In this document: positions 37,063 to 46,519 of the stretch, one piece after another | How positions within the stretch are numbered: the stretch's first letter is position 1 | Layout of the letters: every line of letters starts with the position of its first letter | Source: Candidatus Pacearchaeota archaeon | GTDB taxonomy: Archaea > Nanobdellota > Nanobdellia > Pacearchaeales > GW2011-AR1 | Direction: 5' to 3' | Length of the DNA: 64,000 bases | Assembly: GCA_018303885.1 (NCBI GenBank) | Contig: JAGVXG010000001.1 | Span: 11,746-75,745 of the forward strand | Translations under genes and position numbers: made by a program | The notes under the pieces: generated by a model | What the model was told of the DNA's origin: nothing | Databases searched by the model: none | What the model saw: the letters and a program-made list of their open reading frames with translations, nothing else

Positions 37063-37191
37063 AGAAAGATTTAAATTGTATATTTGTGTGTGTTTATCAT
37101 AGGGAAACAGGACCTGACGAACCCCACGCTTGACGTGGTTAGTAGGATAGACGGACCTCCTTACCCTATGCTTTTTTGAAGTTTTAAATTC

Positions 37192-37656
37192 TCATATGTT
37201 AAGTCTTTCAATGTTCAGCCAATTATCCAAAACAAGGCTTATTTGGTACTCGATAGTTCCGACTTTTAGCTCACTTTCCTTTACTACCTTTATGTTTTTT
37301 CCGTCAACAATCTTAACAAAGTTTTGAAAATTATTATATTGCTTGTTATCTATTGAAGCAAATATAAGGCAATTAGGATTATTTTTAATAAATTCCCCAA
37401 TATCAAGAAATATCTCTATATTCTGCCGGGTTTCTCTTATTTTATGTTTTAAAAAATAGTCTAATAAATTTTCTCTTTTGAAGGTTTTCTTAACATTCTT
37501 TAGGTAAAGCTTTTTATCTCCCGCTTCTCTATAGTGCCTAAATCGAAATATTTTTGGCAATAAATATTTTATTTTTAATTTTTCAATTATTATATACCCA
37601 ATCAAGTTATCTGAATAGTCTATAAAGATATAGTAGTCAAATTGTTTTGCTCCCAT
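37192..37656 (-). CDS. Hypothetical protein
   Basis: 154 aa; Asn/Lys/Ile rich. Confidence 0.4.
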   Translation of the reverse strand: MGAKQFDYYIFIDYSDNLIGYIIIEKLKIKYLLPKIFRFRHYREAGDKKLYLKNVKKTFKRENLLDYFLKHKIRETRQNIEIFLDIGEFIKNNPNCLIFASIDNKQYNNFQNFVKIVDGKNIKVVKESELKVGTIEYQISLVLDNWLNIERLNI

Positions 37657-37788
37657 TCACAACAATCCCCATACGGATTTATTAATTTTGTCTATTATGC
37701 TCAATACCAAGATTCTTCAAAATCATAATTTTATCGATGATAAAATACGCCCCAACCAAAACCCTATAAAAAGTGTTACAGTTGGGAT

Positions 37789-38451
37789 TTAGATTGCATT
37801 GTCTAATAATCTGTTTAGATAAAAGACACCAAAATTTCGTAAGAGTAGCGTTTTAGCCATGTTCATATGATAATCTGAACTAAAAGCATGCCCTAGTACC
37901 TCAGCAAGTCCTTTTTCCTCATCTATTCTAGCTATTTCACTTTCTTTTCCGTATCTTCTCAGTTTTTCGGGGCTTATTGCAACAATTTCAGGATCTGTTA
38001 TGTTTCTGTAGATTATTTCAATCCAACGACTCTGTCTAAAAGATTCGGGAGTATAAAATTGGCCTGACTCGTCATGTCTATTGCTTAAAACTACTGGCAC
38101 CCGATTAAATCTTATACTGTGGAAATCTCCATTCTCTCTCCAAAATAAAGATAAAAACCCGCTATTATCTGGTTCTGCACCAAGTTTCCAGTCCTCTTTG
38201 AATACTTCATATCCTCTAAGAGAAGGTATATCCGTGCCGTTTTGTTTCAAAATATCGAGATAGTATTCCATGTCTTGATTGTATTCTGACTTTATTACAT
38301 TTTTGGCGTCTTCAATTAAGGAGACATCTATTCTAATACTGATTGGTAAATCCATTACAGATAAATGTATGGGAACTGTTGCAGTCACAGCTTCGTCTCT
38401 TTGATAAATTGATTGAATAGGTAACTCTCCTCTAACTAATTTTTCTATCAT
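37789..38451 (-). CDS. Hypothetical protein
   Basis: 220 aa. Confidence 0.4.
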   Translation of the reverse strand: MIEKLVRGELPIQSIYQRDEAVTATVPIHLSVMDLPISIRIDVSLIEDAKNVIKSEYNQDMEYYLDILKQNGTDIPSLRGYEVFKEDWKLGAEPDNSGFLSLFWRENGDFHSIRFNRVPVVLSNRHDESGQFYTPESFRQSRWIEIIYRNITDPEIVAISPEKLRRYGKESEIARIDEEKGLAEVLGHAFSSDYHMNMAKTLLLRNFGVFYLNRLLDNAI

Positions 38452-38538
38452 AATAAAAAATGAAAATCAATCTTTAAAAGAATTATTACAATTGATAATA
38501 GTCTTTGAGAATTCTCTAACTGTATCACAAATAACATA

Positions 38539-38619
38539 CGCCCCAACCAGGACTCGAACCTGGATGCCTGTTAAGGCCGAGATTTCCAATCTCGCGCAGT
38601 ACCCTTGTGCCATTGGAGC
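38539..38619 (-). tRNA. tRNA-Ser(GGA), class II with long variable arm
   Basis: Minus strand: GCTCCAA-TG-GCA-CAAGGGTAC-TGC-G-CGAGA-TTGGAAA-TCTCG-GCCTTAACAGGCAT-CCAGG-TTCGAGT-CCTGG-TTGGGGC-G. Confidence 0.8.
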
Positions 38620-38731
38620 TTACTACTAAATTAACTTAATGTCTTTTTAAAATTTTAGAATATAAGAATAAGTGCTCTTTCCCTCTTCGATTAAAAGTGG
38701 TCGGTGCGCTATAAAAGATCTTTTTTGTAAA

Positions 38732-39862
38732 TTAAACTCCAGAAGCTATAAATCCTGCAACCTTTGTGCCTGCCTCAACACATTCCCCAACATTATTTGC
38801 ACACCAATTGACTGCATTAGTAGTTAGCTTATCAAATAAATCTTGGGATAATTGATTTCCTCCAATTTGCTTATTATTCTCGGGGGTATATTTCCATCCA
38901 TCATATACTGTGGCAATAATCTTTGTCTCTGCATCAAATCTTGAATATTCATCGAACCTTGTAGTCTCCTTTGAAGTGGATTGACCTACATTAATTTTTC
39001 CAAAATCTAATAACTGATGCCCTATTATTTTAAAGTCGAAGTCTTCATCATTTTCCCTAGAATAAACTGTAACCAAAACAGAAGTATCTGTGCTATCCAA
39101 TGCTCTTTCATAATTACTATTTTTTAGATTTACATTACATACAAGATAACTACTTTGTAAAAAAGGCTTAGTTGCATCACATACCATAGAACCCGTAAAT
39201 CTTGGATTTGGCATATCAACTTCTGCAGTTATTAGATCATTTGAACTGATTGTTACCATATCTGCTGGTTTATTTGGGAATCTTTCAATACTAATTACAT
39301 AGTCTCCTGGCAAGACATCATTAAATTGAGCTTTTCCTTCATCTGTGGTTAAAATAGGATTAAAATTAGCTTTTCCATCTATTGATTTCAAGAAAACATT
39401 TTCATTGTCTATTGGTTTGTTGGTTTCAGAGTCTTTTAGTTCAAGGTTGATCGTTCTTGGCGCTATTATTTGGATAGTAATATTATTGTCCGATTCTGTA
39501 ACTTCTTTGGTTAGAACATCTGACTTCTCATTCTTATATTCTGCTCTTAAGTAATGTTTTCCAAATTCTAAACTTTCTATCATTAATTTTCCGTCACTTG
39601 ATGTTTTCCCAACAAGTTTCCCATCAAGATAAACTTCTGCACTTTCTAAATTCTTACCTGTAAGTTTATCAACAACCTTCACCTCATAATCAATCTCGTT
39701 GATGACTTTGACCTCTTTTGATAGATCCCCCTCTTTTCCTGTGTCTATTATTTTGTCAGAATTAACAACGTTCCCAGTAACAGAAGGTTTGGCAAATTGA
39801 TAAATTCCAATAATAATCAATACAGCAACTAATCCTATTATTACCAAATTTTTCTTATCCAT
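38732..39862 (-). CDS. Secreted CarboxypepD_reg-like (beta-sandwich repeat) surface protein
   Basis: 376 aa; signal anchor; repeated V.V.D..TG.P...A.V.L......T..DG....E.L..G.Y units. Confidence 0.55.
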   Translation of the reverse strand: MDKKNLVIIGLVAVLIIIGIYQFAKPSVTGNVVNSDKIIDTGKEGDLSKEVKVINEIDYEVKVVDKLTGKNLESAEVYLDGKLVGKTSSDGKLMIESLEFGKHYLRAEYKNEKSDVLTKEVTESDNNITIQIIAPRTINLELKDSETNKPIDNENVFLKSIDGKANFNPILTTDEGKAQFNDVLPGDYVISIERFPNKPADMVTISSNDLITAEVDMPNPRFTGSMVCDATKPFLQSSYLVCNVNLKNSNYERALDSTDTSVLVTVYSRENDEDFDFKIIGHQLLDFGKINVGQSTSKETTRFDEYSRFDAETKIIATVYDGWKYTPENNKQIGGNQLSQDLFDKLTTNAVNWCANNVGECVEAGTKVAGFIASGV

Positions 39863-39970
39863 TCTATTTAGTTTGATGAGAAAGCCAAATTTTTAAACTT
39901 TTGTGTCCTGTGCCAATATACGAAAATTTTCTTTAACTCCCACCTATTTATATAATAAAGCCGTTTGGTT

Positions 39971-40303
39971 TTAAACAAAATAAAAAAGAATATAATTGAT
40001 ATCAATACCTAGGATTAATCCAGTAAGTAACCCTGTGAAAAATCTCAGTTGGTTGTTGCTCTTTCTCCATCCGAAAAATTGAGTTGCTGAGTCAAAATAG
40101 AAAGGGAGTGTAAATATGATGGTTAGGATAAATAACAATTTAATATCTAAATTATCAGATAATCTCGTGGTTAATGAAAACAAAAACCCCAATAAAATAA
40201 ATAAGTAAAGACCAAAGCATCTAGAACACAAAGCCATTGGTTTACCTTTAAACTTAAAACATCTCTCAGGATTCTGATGGCAAATCCAAAATGGCAATTT
40301 CAT
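39971..40303 (-). CDS. Hypothetical membrane protein
   Basis: 110 aa; 3 TM. Confidence 0.35.
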   Translation of the reverse strand: MKLPFWICHQNPERCFKFKGKPMALCSRCFGLYLFILLGFLFSLTTRLSDNLDIKLLFILTIIFTLPFYFDSATQFFGWRKSNNQLRFFTGLLTGLILGIDINYILFYFV

Positions 40304-40309
40304 CTTTTA

Positions 40310-40492
40310 TTAATTGTTGGCTAAGATAGCAATTAAGATTATTGTGACTATGACTGCAATTACAATACCTATACAACAACCAGCGCTACTTCCCATCCAA
40401 CTAAATAAACTATTGAAAAAACCGCCTCCCTTATAGACATGGGTTGCATGTTCTGTATGATGCGAATGTTGTACATGACCTTGCTTAGCCAT
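40310..40492 (-). CDS. Small His-rich membrane protein
   Basis: 60 aa; MAKQGHVQHSHHTEHATH... then TM with CC. Confidence 0.3.
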   Translation of the reverse strand: MAKQGHVQHSHHTEHATHVYKGGGFFNSLFSWMGSSAGCCIGIVIAVIVTIILIAILANN

Positions 40493-40618
40493 AATATTAA
40501 CCAGAAAAGTTTCTATATAAAACTTGCTAATTTTAAAAAGGGTGTCCCACCAAGAGCTGAATAAAAGTAATCGGTTATCTAATAAATCTAGCTCAGAGTA
40601 TCTATTTAAGATTTTTCA

Positions 40619-41113
40619 TTAATAAGGGAAGGGTGCTTTAACTAAGTCCACATATAAATTCTCTAGATTTGAGGTCATATATTCTGAGGGTAATTGATCA
40701 AAAAATTCTATGGTGAGATATCTAAAATGATTATATAATACTCCGGCAGGATAAAGGTAATAAGGATGTTTTCCTCTTGCTCCCGTAACCCTTGTATAAG
40801 TTAAGTGAGATAAATATTTGTTTATCTGAACATTCCAATAATCAATATTCTTAAGAGGATTTTTTACTTTCCAAGCAAGGATATAATGATCAGCGTGGGC
40901 AAGATCGTCATTACCTGATTTATAAAAAAACTCATAGAGAATTCTTATATGAACAAGAAAGGCTTCTAAATCTTTTCCTGTAACATCAAGTATTCTTGGA
41001 TCAGAAGGCCGAGGTTTAAAATAAGTTCTCCCCTCTATTAACATTTTTACTTCATGGCTGAAATGCCCATCTAAAAGTTTTTTCTTTGTCTCTTTTGTTA
41101 TTGGTTTTTTCAT
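40619..41113 (-). CDS. Hypothetical protein
   Basis: 164 aa. Confidence 0.4.
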   Translation of the reverse strand: MKKPITKETKKKLLDGHFSHEVKMLIEGRTYFKPRPSDPRILDVTGKDLEAFLVHIRILYEFFYKSGNDDLAHADHYILAWKVKNPLKNIDYWNVQINKYLSHLTYTRVTGARGKHPYYLYPAGVLYNHFRYLTIEFFDQLPSEYMTSNLENLYVDLVKAPFPY

Positions 41114-41745
41114 CTTTCTTTAATCCACTCAATAAGGCTTTTAATTAATAAAATAATTCCTATCCAAAACAAGAAGAAAATAAACATATTCCCAATAGCA
41201 TCAAACCAGGTCATTTTTGAAATAAGAAGATAATTTACTTCTTTTCCCACCGTGATTTCTGTAGATATTGATGATATTATTTGGCCTTCTGGAACACTAA
41301 TATTTCTATAAGCAATATAATCCTTTATATCTGTAGTATTATATGTAAAATTTGAAAGAACAATGTTATAAGATTCATCAAATCTTATGGTTTTTACAAA
41401 TTCTCTATCCCCCCGAATAATACTTCTTGTTTCATTGTCAATTTGATATGTGAGAATATTTGGATAAACCAAATAACAAGCGGGGTTTTCTTTAAGGCTA
41501 AAACTTAAATAGAGATTATAATACTTTAAATCAAATGGTGACGTAACTTTTTTAATTGTATTAAATAATGTTGGCTTATCGAAAATTCCTTCTCTAGAAC
41601 TTATAGTCAAATTACAACAATCATATTCTCCATAATCTAAAATTTTTTGATTTAAGAAAGGAGCATACAGTAAAAAAGAAATAACGGCAATAAACATCAT
41701 TATAAAAACTTTGGTAATCTTTTTCATAAGTTTTACAATCATCAC
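41110..41745 (-). CDS. Hypothetical membrane-anchored protein
   Basis: 211 aa; N- and C-terminal TM. Confidence 0.4.
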   Translation of the reverse strand: MMIVKLMKKITKVFIMMFIAVISFLLYAPFLNQKILDYGEYDCCNLTISSREGIFDKPTLFNTIKKVTSPFDLKYYNLYLSFSLKENPACYLVYPNILTYQIDNETRSIIRGDREFVKTIRFDESYNIVLSNFTYNTTDIKDYIAYRNISVPEGQIISSISTEITVGKEVNYLLISKMTWFDAIGNMFIFFLFWIGIILLIKSLIEWIKER

Positions 41746-41787
41746 GTAATTTTATAGTTTTCCGTGTCTTAGTGCTATAAGAGGAAA

Positions 41788-42633
41788 TTGCATAAAATAC
41801 TTAAAATATGCAACAAGTCTATTGAAATCATGAGCCTCTCAAATTTAAAAGAGAAGATCAATAAAATTCCTATTGAAAAGAGAATTTTGATATCAGAAAT
41901 CCTTTTTGTTTTTTCTATTCTTTTTGTTTATTTAGGAATCTTTGGGCTGATCTTCTCAAACTTTGCCCAATCTCCAACACTATTTTCTTTTTTGTACATT
42001 TTACTTCCATTATTCTTTTTGCTATATGTTTTATTTTATCCTAATCTATTCGAAAAGATTACTTATGACCTTAAAAAACTAGGCGAAAACCTGGGCAAAA
42101 TCGATGAAACAAAAATCTTCTACCGATCTCTGATTAGAGATTTAAATAAAATTGCACGGAAAAGAGGAGAAGGCTACACTAAAAAATTTTATCGTATATT
42201 TAAAGATTATTTTTCGAATGTAATGTTTTACTTAATTTTTTCAAAAAGAGATAATGTTAGAGAATTAATTAAAGAATCTTTATCAAAACTTTCTAATTCG
42301 AGAGACATTCACGACTTACATGACGGCTTTATAGAGATGAATAAGAAGATAGTCCAATTAAAAGAATTCAAGAATTTATTAATTGCATTCCCTCCGATAG
42401 AGAGAAAAAACTTACATAACCCTTTTTTATGGATTTCTAAAATATCGAATGAAAGAAGTCTCAAAGAAAGAGGGGCGCTGAGAAGAGCTTATATTTATCT
42501 TGAAGAGATAGGAGCTATAAAGCTGGCCTTAAAAGCATTGATTATTTTATTGATCACAACTATTTCTGGCTTAGTTTTGAGTCATTTTGGCTTATTGGAC
42601 TGGGCTAAGCTGTTAATAGGGTCAATTCCATAA
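41788..42633 (+). CDS. Hypothetical membrane protein
   Basis: 281 aa. Confidence 0.4.
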   Translation: MHKILKICNKSIEIMSLSNLKEKINKIPIEKRILISEILFVFSILFVYLGIFGLIFSNFAQSPTLFSFLYILLPLFFLLYVLFYPNLFEKITYDLKKLGENLGKIDETKIFYRSLIRDLNKIARKRGEGYTKKFYRIFKDYFSNVMFYLIFSKRDNVRELIKESLSKLSNSRDIHDLHDGFIEMNKKIVQLKEFKNLLIAFPPIERKNLHNPFLWISKISNERSLKERGALRRAYIYLEEIGAIKLALKALIILLITTISGLVLSHFGLLDWAKLLIGSIP

Positions 42634-42880
42634 AGTCTTAAACAAAGGATTATCTCTTAAAACTGAACCATATAGCAAAAATGCCGAGGGCAATTATTCC
42701 AAGCCGTATTAGTCCATGATCATTTACACCAAAAATGTATCCAATAGGCAATGAACCGATAAAGAGAGCAAAGATTAAACATCCAAGTCCAAACATAAAG
42801 GCAGGAAAATTTCTCATATTTTCTACTAATCACTCTAATTTTTAAGCCTTTCTAAAAAGAGTTTTCTCTCGGAGATAGTA

Positions 42881-43012
42881 TGCGCTGTCCGAGAATCGAA
42901 CTCGGGTCACCTCGTCTTTGCGTTTACACCAAATTATTAAAGGAGATGGTGCGGAAGAACCTTTGGTTCTTCTGCGTGGCAACGAGATATTCTACCATTA
43001 AACCAACAGCGC
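42881..43012 (-). tRNA. Intron-containing tRNA, most likely tRNA-Gly(GCC); 61-nt intron at 37/38 (about 42916..42976)
   Basis: Minus strand: GCGCTGT acceptor / ACAGCGC-A, D loop AATGGTAGA, anticodon stem TCTCG/CGAGG with loop TTGCCA|intron, T arm CCGAG-TTCGATT-CTCGG; intron holds an 8-bp hairpin GAAGAACC/GGTTCTTC. Alternative register gives CCA (Trp). Confidence 0.55.
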
Positions 43013-43135
43013 GCAGAATCAGAGGCTCTAAGCTCTGAATCTTATTTTATCAAAGTTTTATAGTGTTTTTAAAATTTTAGAAAGCAGAAAGATAGTTCAA
43101 AACTCCTGCAAAACTAACCCAAAGCAAATAAGGAA

Positions 43136-43480
43136 TCAAGAGATAGGACCAATTTTTATTTTACTTATCTCTTTCTTAAGTTTTTGTAAATCTATTTCTA
43201 TTATATTCCAAATCCTATCCATGCTTACCCCAAAATAAGCATGACTTAGTATATCTCTAAACCCAGCAATTTTTCTCCAAGGGATTTTTGGGTACCTTTT
43301 TCTGAATGAATCCGGGATGTTTTTCGTAGCCTCTCCAATTATTTCCAGACTTCTTATTACGGCATTTTGTTTAAGTTTATCGTTTTCAAATTTTTCTTTA
43401 TTTAATCCTTTAGAAAAGGATTCTATATCCTTTATATTCTCCAGGATATCTTGAATGAATAAATTAATATCTCTTTTCAT
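43136..43480 (-). CDS. hepT: HepT-like HEPN toxin (DUF86)
   Basis: 114 aa; Rx4HxY motif RDILSHAY; overlaps upstream MntA gene by 4 nt. Confidence 0.8.
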   Translation of the reverse strand: MKRDINLFIQDILENIKDIESFSKGLNKEKFENDKLKQNAVIRSLEIIGEATKNIPDSFRKRYPKIPWRKIAGFRDILSHAYFGVSMDRIWNIIEIDLQKLKKEISKIKIGPIS

Positions 43481-43947
43481 ATTATCTTTATTTCCTCATT
43501 TAAAATACGATTTTTTATTAATGGCTTAATCACAGAGTATTCTACTAAGTCTACTTTTTTTCCCAGAACATCTTCTAATTTTAGCTTTAGTTCAATAAAT
43601 CCAAGCAAGCTCATGTTTTTATCATTAATTTCAACAGCTATATCAATATCACTATTCTTTTTCTGTTCTCCTTTTGAATAACTACCAAAAATTCCGGCCC
43701 TGCTGACTTTATTTTTTTTTAAAATCGCTATTATTTTAAATTTAATACTTTCTATTTCTTTGTTTGGTATTATCTTTTCTGACGACATTTTTTTATCGGC
43801 ATCTTTTTCTTTTTTTGTAACCTCTGAGCTTGATAATCCTTTTCCAAGATATATCCTCTTTTTTGAAACTTTATTTCCATTTCTTATGGAGATTACCCTA
43901 TAGTAATACTGTCTACCATTAATGTTTCTAATTTCTGTAAATGCCAT
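43477..43947 (-). CDS. mntA: MntA-like minimal nucleotidyltransferase antitoxin with 53-aa N-terminal extension (alternative start at internal Met, about 43788)
   Basis: 156 aa; GIFGSYSKGEQKKNSDIDIAV (GSx10DxD) NTase motif; typical MntA is about 100 aa. Confidence 0.75.
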   Translation of the reverse strand: MAFTEIRNINGRQYYYRVISIRNGNKVSKKRIYLGKGLSSSEVTKKEKDADKKMSSEKIIPNKEIESIKFKIIAILKKNKVSRAGIFGSYSKGEQKKNSDIDIAVEINDKNMSLLGFIELKLKLEDVLGKKVDLVEYSVIKPLIKNRILNEEIKII

Positions 43948-44109
43948 ATCTTATTTATGTCTACAATATTTATAAATCTTTCTTATGTAGACACAAAAGA
44001 AAAATGAGCCCGCAGCAGAACCGAGCTGGTGAATACTAGGTATAAACAAATAGACCAAAAAGGCTACTTTTCTAACAAGCTATTTATTTATACTAGTTTT
44101 AGTCACATT

Positions 44110-44266
44110 TATCTTTTCTTTTTCTTGAACTTAATCAAATCTTTCTTTGAATTAAAGACTCCAGAATCTAGGAACTCAATGGGCCTTTCTTTTCCGTTCT
44201 TATAAGTTGCTTTTACCTTTCCGCTTCTGAAAATTCCAAGTTTCCTTAATATATCTACAAATTTCA
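44110..44266 (-). CDS. Small basic hypothetical protein (52 aa)
   Basis: MKFVDILRKLGIFRSGKVKATYKNGKERPIEFLDSGVFNSKKDLIKFKKKKR; rc carries GGGGGT 6 nt before ATG; not in ORF track. Confidence 0.25.
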
Positions 44267-44341
44267 TTTTACCCCCTTTCTATATCTTTTCAAATGGCCC
44301 AGACTGAAATAAATTTCGTCAAGTCCATTAATTTTAGTTAA

Positions 44342-44412
44342 TGGCCCGTGAAGGAATCGGACCTTCGCTTCCTCGGTGTAAACGAGGTGTTCTGCCATTA
44401 GACTAACGGGCC
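44342..44412 (-). tRNA. tRNA-Val(TAC)
   Basis: Minus strand: GGCCCGT/ACGGGCC acceptor (7 bp perfect), anticodon stem CCTCG/CGAGG loop TTTACAC, T arm GAAGG-TCCGATT-CCTTC, discriminator A. Confidence 0.75.
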
Positions 44413-44494
44413 TTTATTAAAATTCATACTGGAACAGGGCTTTTAAGTTTTACGACTTCGCAAGTTTTATAAGCACCAGAAATTAATTCTCATT

Positions 44495-46372
44495 ATGAAA
44501 TCAGATAAGAAATCTCGTTCTAGCGATTCAGATTCAAGAAAGGAAGAAGAACACGACGAAGAACCAGAAATTCAGGAAATTCCGGGAATGGAGCTTGACA
44601 GCAAATATACGTCAAAAAAACCGGTAATACCTGAAAACTCCAATGAGGTTCAGAAAGAACTAGAAAAAGCAAAAAAAGAACTTGAGAAATTAAAAGCATT
44701 CATAGTAAAAAAATACCCCTTTACACAAGCCTTAGGAATCCTTTCTCCTCAGGCAAACAGATTTTTTATTGAAGATGAACTTGGGGAAGGCATTGCAAAA
44801 GAGCAGGCAGAAAGTCTGGAAAAAAAGATTCATCTCTACATGATTATTCCCGAGGAAAAATTCAAGGAAATTCCAAAGATAAAAAAAGAAATTGTTGAAG
44901 AAGTTGCCAGGACAAAACAAAATGTCTGGGTTTATATTAAGACTCCGGTTGACATTTGGGAATCTTGCTTAGACAGTAAATTTGACCTAGTGAATTTTAT
45001 TGCGCTTTCATTTCCGTTACACGATACAGGTATTTTGGCTTCGCTGAGAGTTGCGGCAATTCATAAATCTCTTGTTTTACAGAAATTTGACAAGTATATT
45101 GTCTCTTATGTAATTGCTGGGAGTTTGGTACGCGGTGATGTGACCAAAGAGTCTGATGTTGATGCTTTCGTGATTATTAATGATACAGATGTCAAGAGAA
45201 TGCCAAGACTTGAACTAAAAGAAAGGCTTAGGAGCATGATTCTTGAATATATTTCACAAGCAACCGCGCTTGCAGGGGCTAAAAAAAATGTCCTAAATGT
45301 TCAGGTTTATCTTCTTACTGATTTTTGGGAGTCTGTCAAAGATGCTCATCCTGTTATTTTCACATTTATTCGTGACGGTGTTCCTCTTTACGATCGAGGC
45401 ACGTTCCTGCCATGGAAAGCTCTTCTTAAGATGGGGCGTTTGAAGCCAAGCCCTGAGGCAATAGATATGTTCATGTCCATGGGAGACAAGACAGTAAAGA
45501 GAGCTAAAGCCACGCTTCTTGATATTCTTGTACATGATGTTTATTGGGGCGTTATGACGCCTTCACAGGCGCTACTGATGTTATATGGACTCCCACCGCC
45601 GACGCCAAAGCATACAGTAAGTGAAATGAAGAGAATTTTTGTCGACAAGGAAAAAATGCTGGAGAAAAAATATATTGCTATTCTTGAAAAAATTGTCGGT
45701 ATTTACAAGGATTTTGAACACGAGAAAATAAAGGAAATAAAAGGAGCAGAACTCGATGACTTGCTTCAGGGAACAGAAGATTATCTGGAAAGACTAAAGG
45801 AACTGAGAAAACAGATAGAAAAACGCGGGCAAGAAAAAACAATAGAACAGATTCACAAAGACGTATTTACTCTTTTAGAAGCCATACTCGGTAAAAAACC
45901 CCAATCACAATTAATATCTGAATTTGAAAATAACCTTGTTAAAAAAGGAAAGTTCACTCATCAGCATTTAAGGATTTTGAATGAATTGGTTAGCTCGAGG
46001 GCAGACTTCAAGAAAGGCAAGCTAAGCAGTCATAAGGTTGATGACGCAAGGAAAAATGCAACGATTCTTATCAATGACTTAATAGAATATTCCCAGAGAA
46101 GCGATTTGGTTTCGATGGAAAGAGGCAGAATGAGGCTCAGATACAAGAAAGCAGGAAAGGAAATGATTGCAGAGCTTCTGCATTGCAATGGGATTTCTTT
46201 CTTGTTTAGCGAAAACACAGTGAAAAAAATTACAGATAAAATTGAAGACTCTGGAATGAAAGAAGTTTCAGAATGCGTCGAGACCCAGAAGTCAAAAAAA
46301 GGCATCGAGATAAAGCCAAAAGTTTTCGAGCTGATAAAAAAAGAACTCGGCGATTTCGAGATAATTCTTTAA
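44495..46372 (+). CDS. Large polymerase-beta-superfamily nucleotidyltransferase fusion protein (NTase + helical C-terminal region), acidic N-terminus
   Basis: 625 aa; NTase motif GSLVRGDVTKESDVDAFVII; downstream LKMGRLKPSPEAIDMF segment shared with paralog at 50780..51634. Confidence 0.55.
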   Translation: MKSDKKSRSSDSDSRKEEEHDEEPEIQEIPGMELDSKYTSKKPVIPENSNEVQKELEKAKKELEKLKAFIVKKYPFTQALGILSPQANRFFIEDELGEGIAKEQAESLEKKIHLYMIIPEEKFKEIPKIKKEIVEEVARTKQNVWVYIKTPVDIWESCLDSKFDLVNFIALSFPLHDTGILASLRVAAIHKSLVLQKFDKYIVSYVIAGSLVRGDVTKESDVDAFVIINDTDVKRMPRLELKERLRSMILEYISQATALAGAKKNVLNVQVYLLTDFWESVKDAHPVIFTFIRDGVPLYDRGTFLPWKALLKMGRLKPSPEAIDMFMSMGDKTVKRAKATLLDILVHDVYWGVMTPSQALLMLYGLPPPTPKHTVSEMKRIFVDKEKMLEKKYIAILEKIVGIYKDFEHEKIKEIKGAELDDLLQGTEDYLERLKELRKQIEKRGQEKTIEQIHKDVFTLLEAILGKKPQSQLISEFENNLVKKGKFTHQHLRILNELVSSRADFKKGKLSSHKVDDARKNATILINDLIEYSQRSDLVSMERGRMRLRYKKAGKEMIAELLHCNGISFLFSENTVKKITDKIEDSGMKEVSECVETQKSKKGIEIKPKVFELIKKELGDFEIIL

Positions 46373-46519
46373 GCTAAGAAGATGTGTTTTTTACTAATTT
46401 TTTAATAACTTCTTATCATAAAGACTCTTGTTATTTATCCAAAAAGATTAAAAAGTCATATTTTTTAGTATTTTAGAGGTGATGGTAAGAGAATCGCCTT
46501 AGAATTCTAAAATGTAAAA

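Noticed and set aside
37063-37180. Attempt to fold the region upstream of the tRNA 3' fragment as the 5' exon plus intron of a complete tRNA
   Set aside because: No heptamer complementary to the acceptor 3' strand TGTGGGC was found, and no D arm with the conserved A14 and GG18-19. Even one-mismatch candidates such as GTCTATC and GTCCGTC lack a following D arm. The region is therefore reported as a fragment rather than an intron-containing tRNA.
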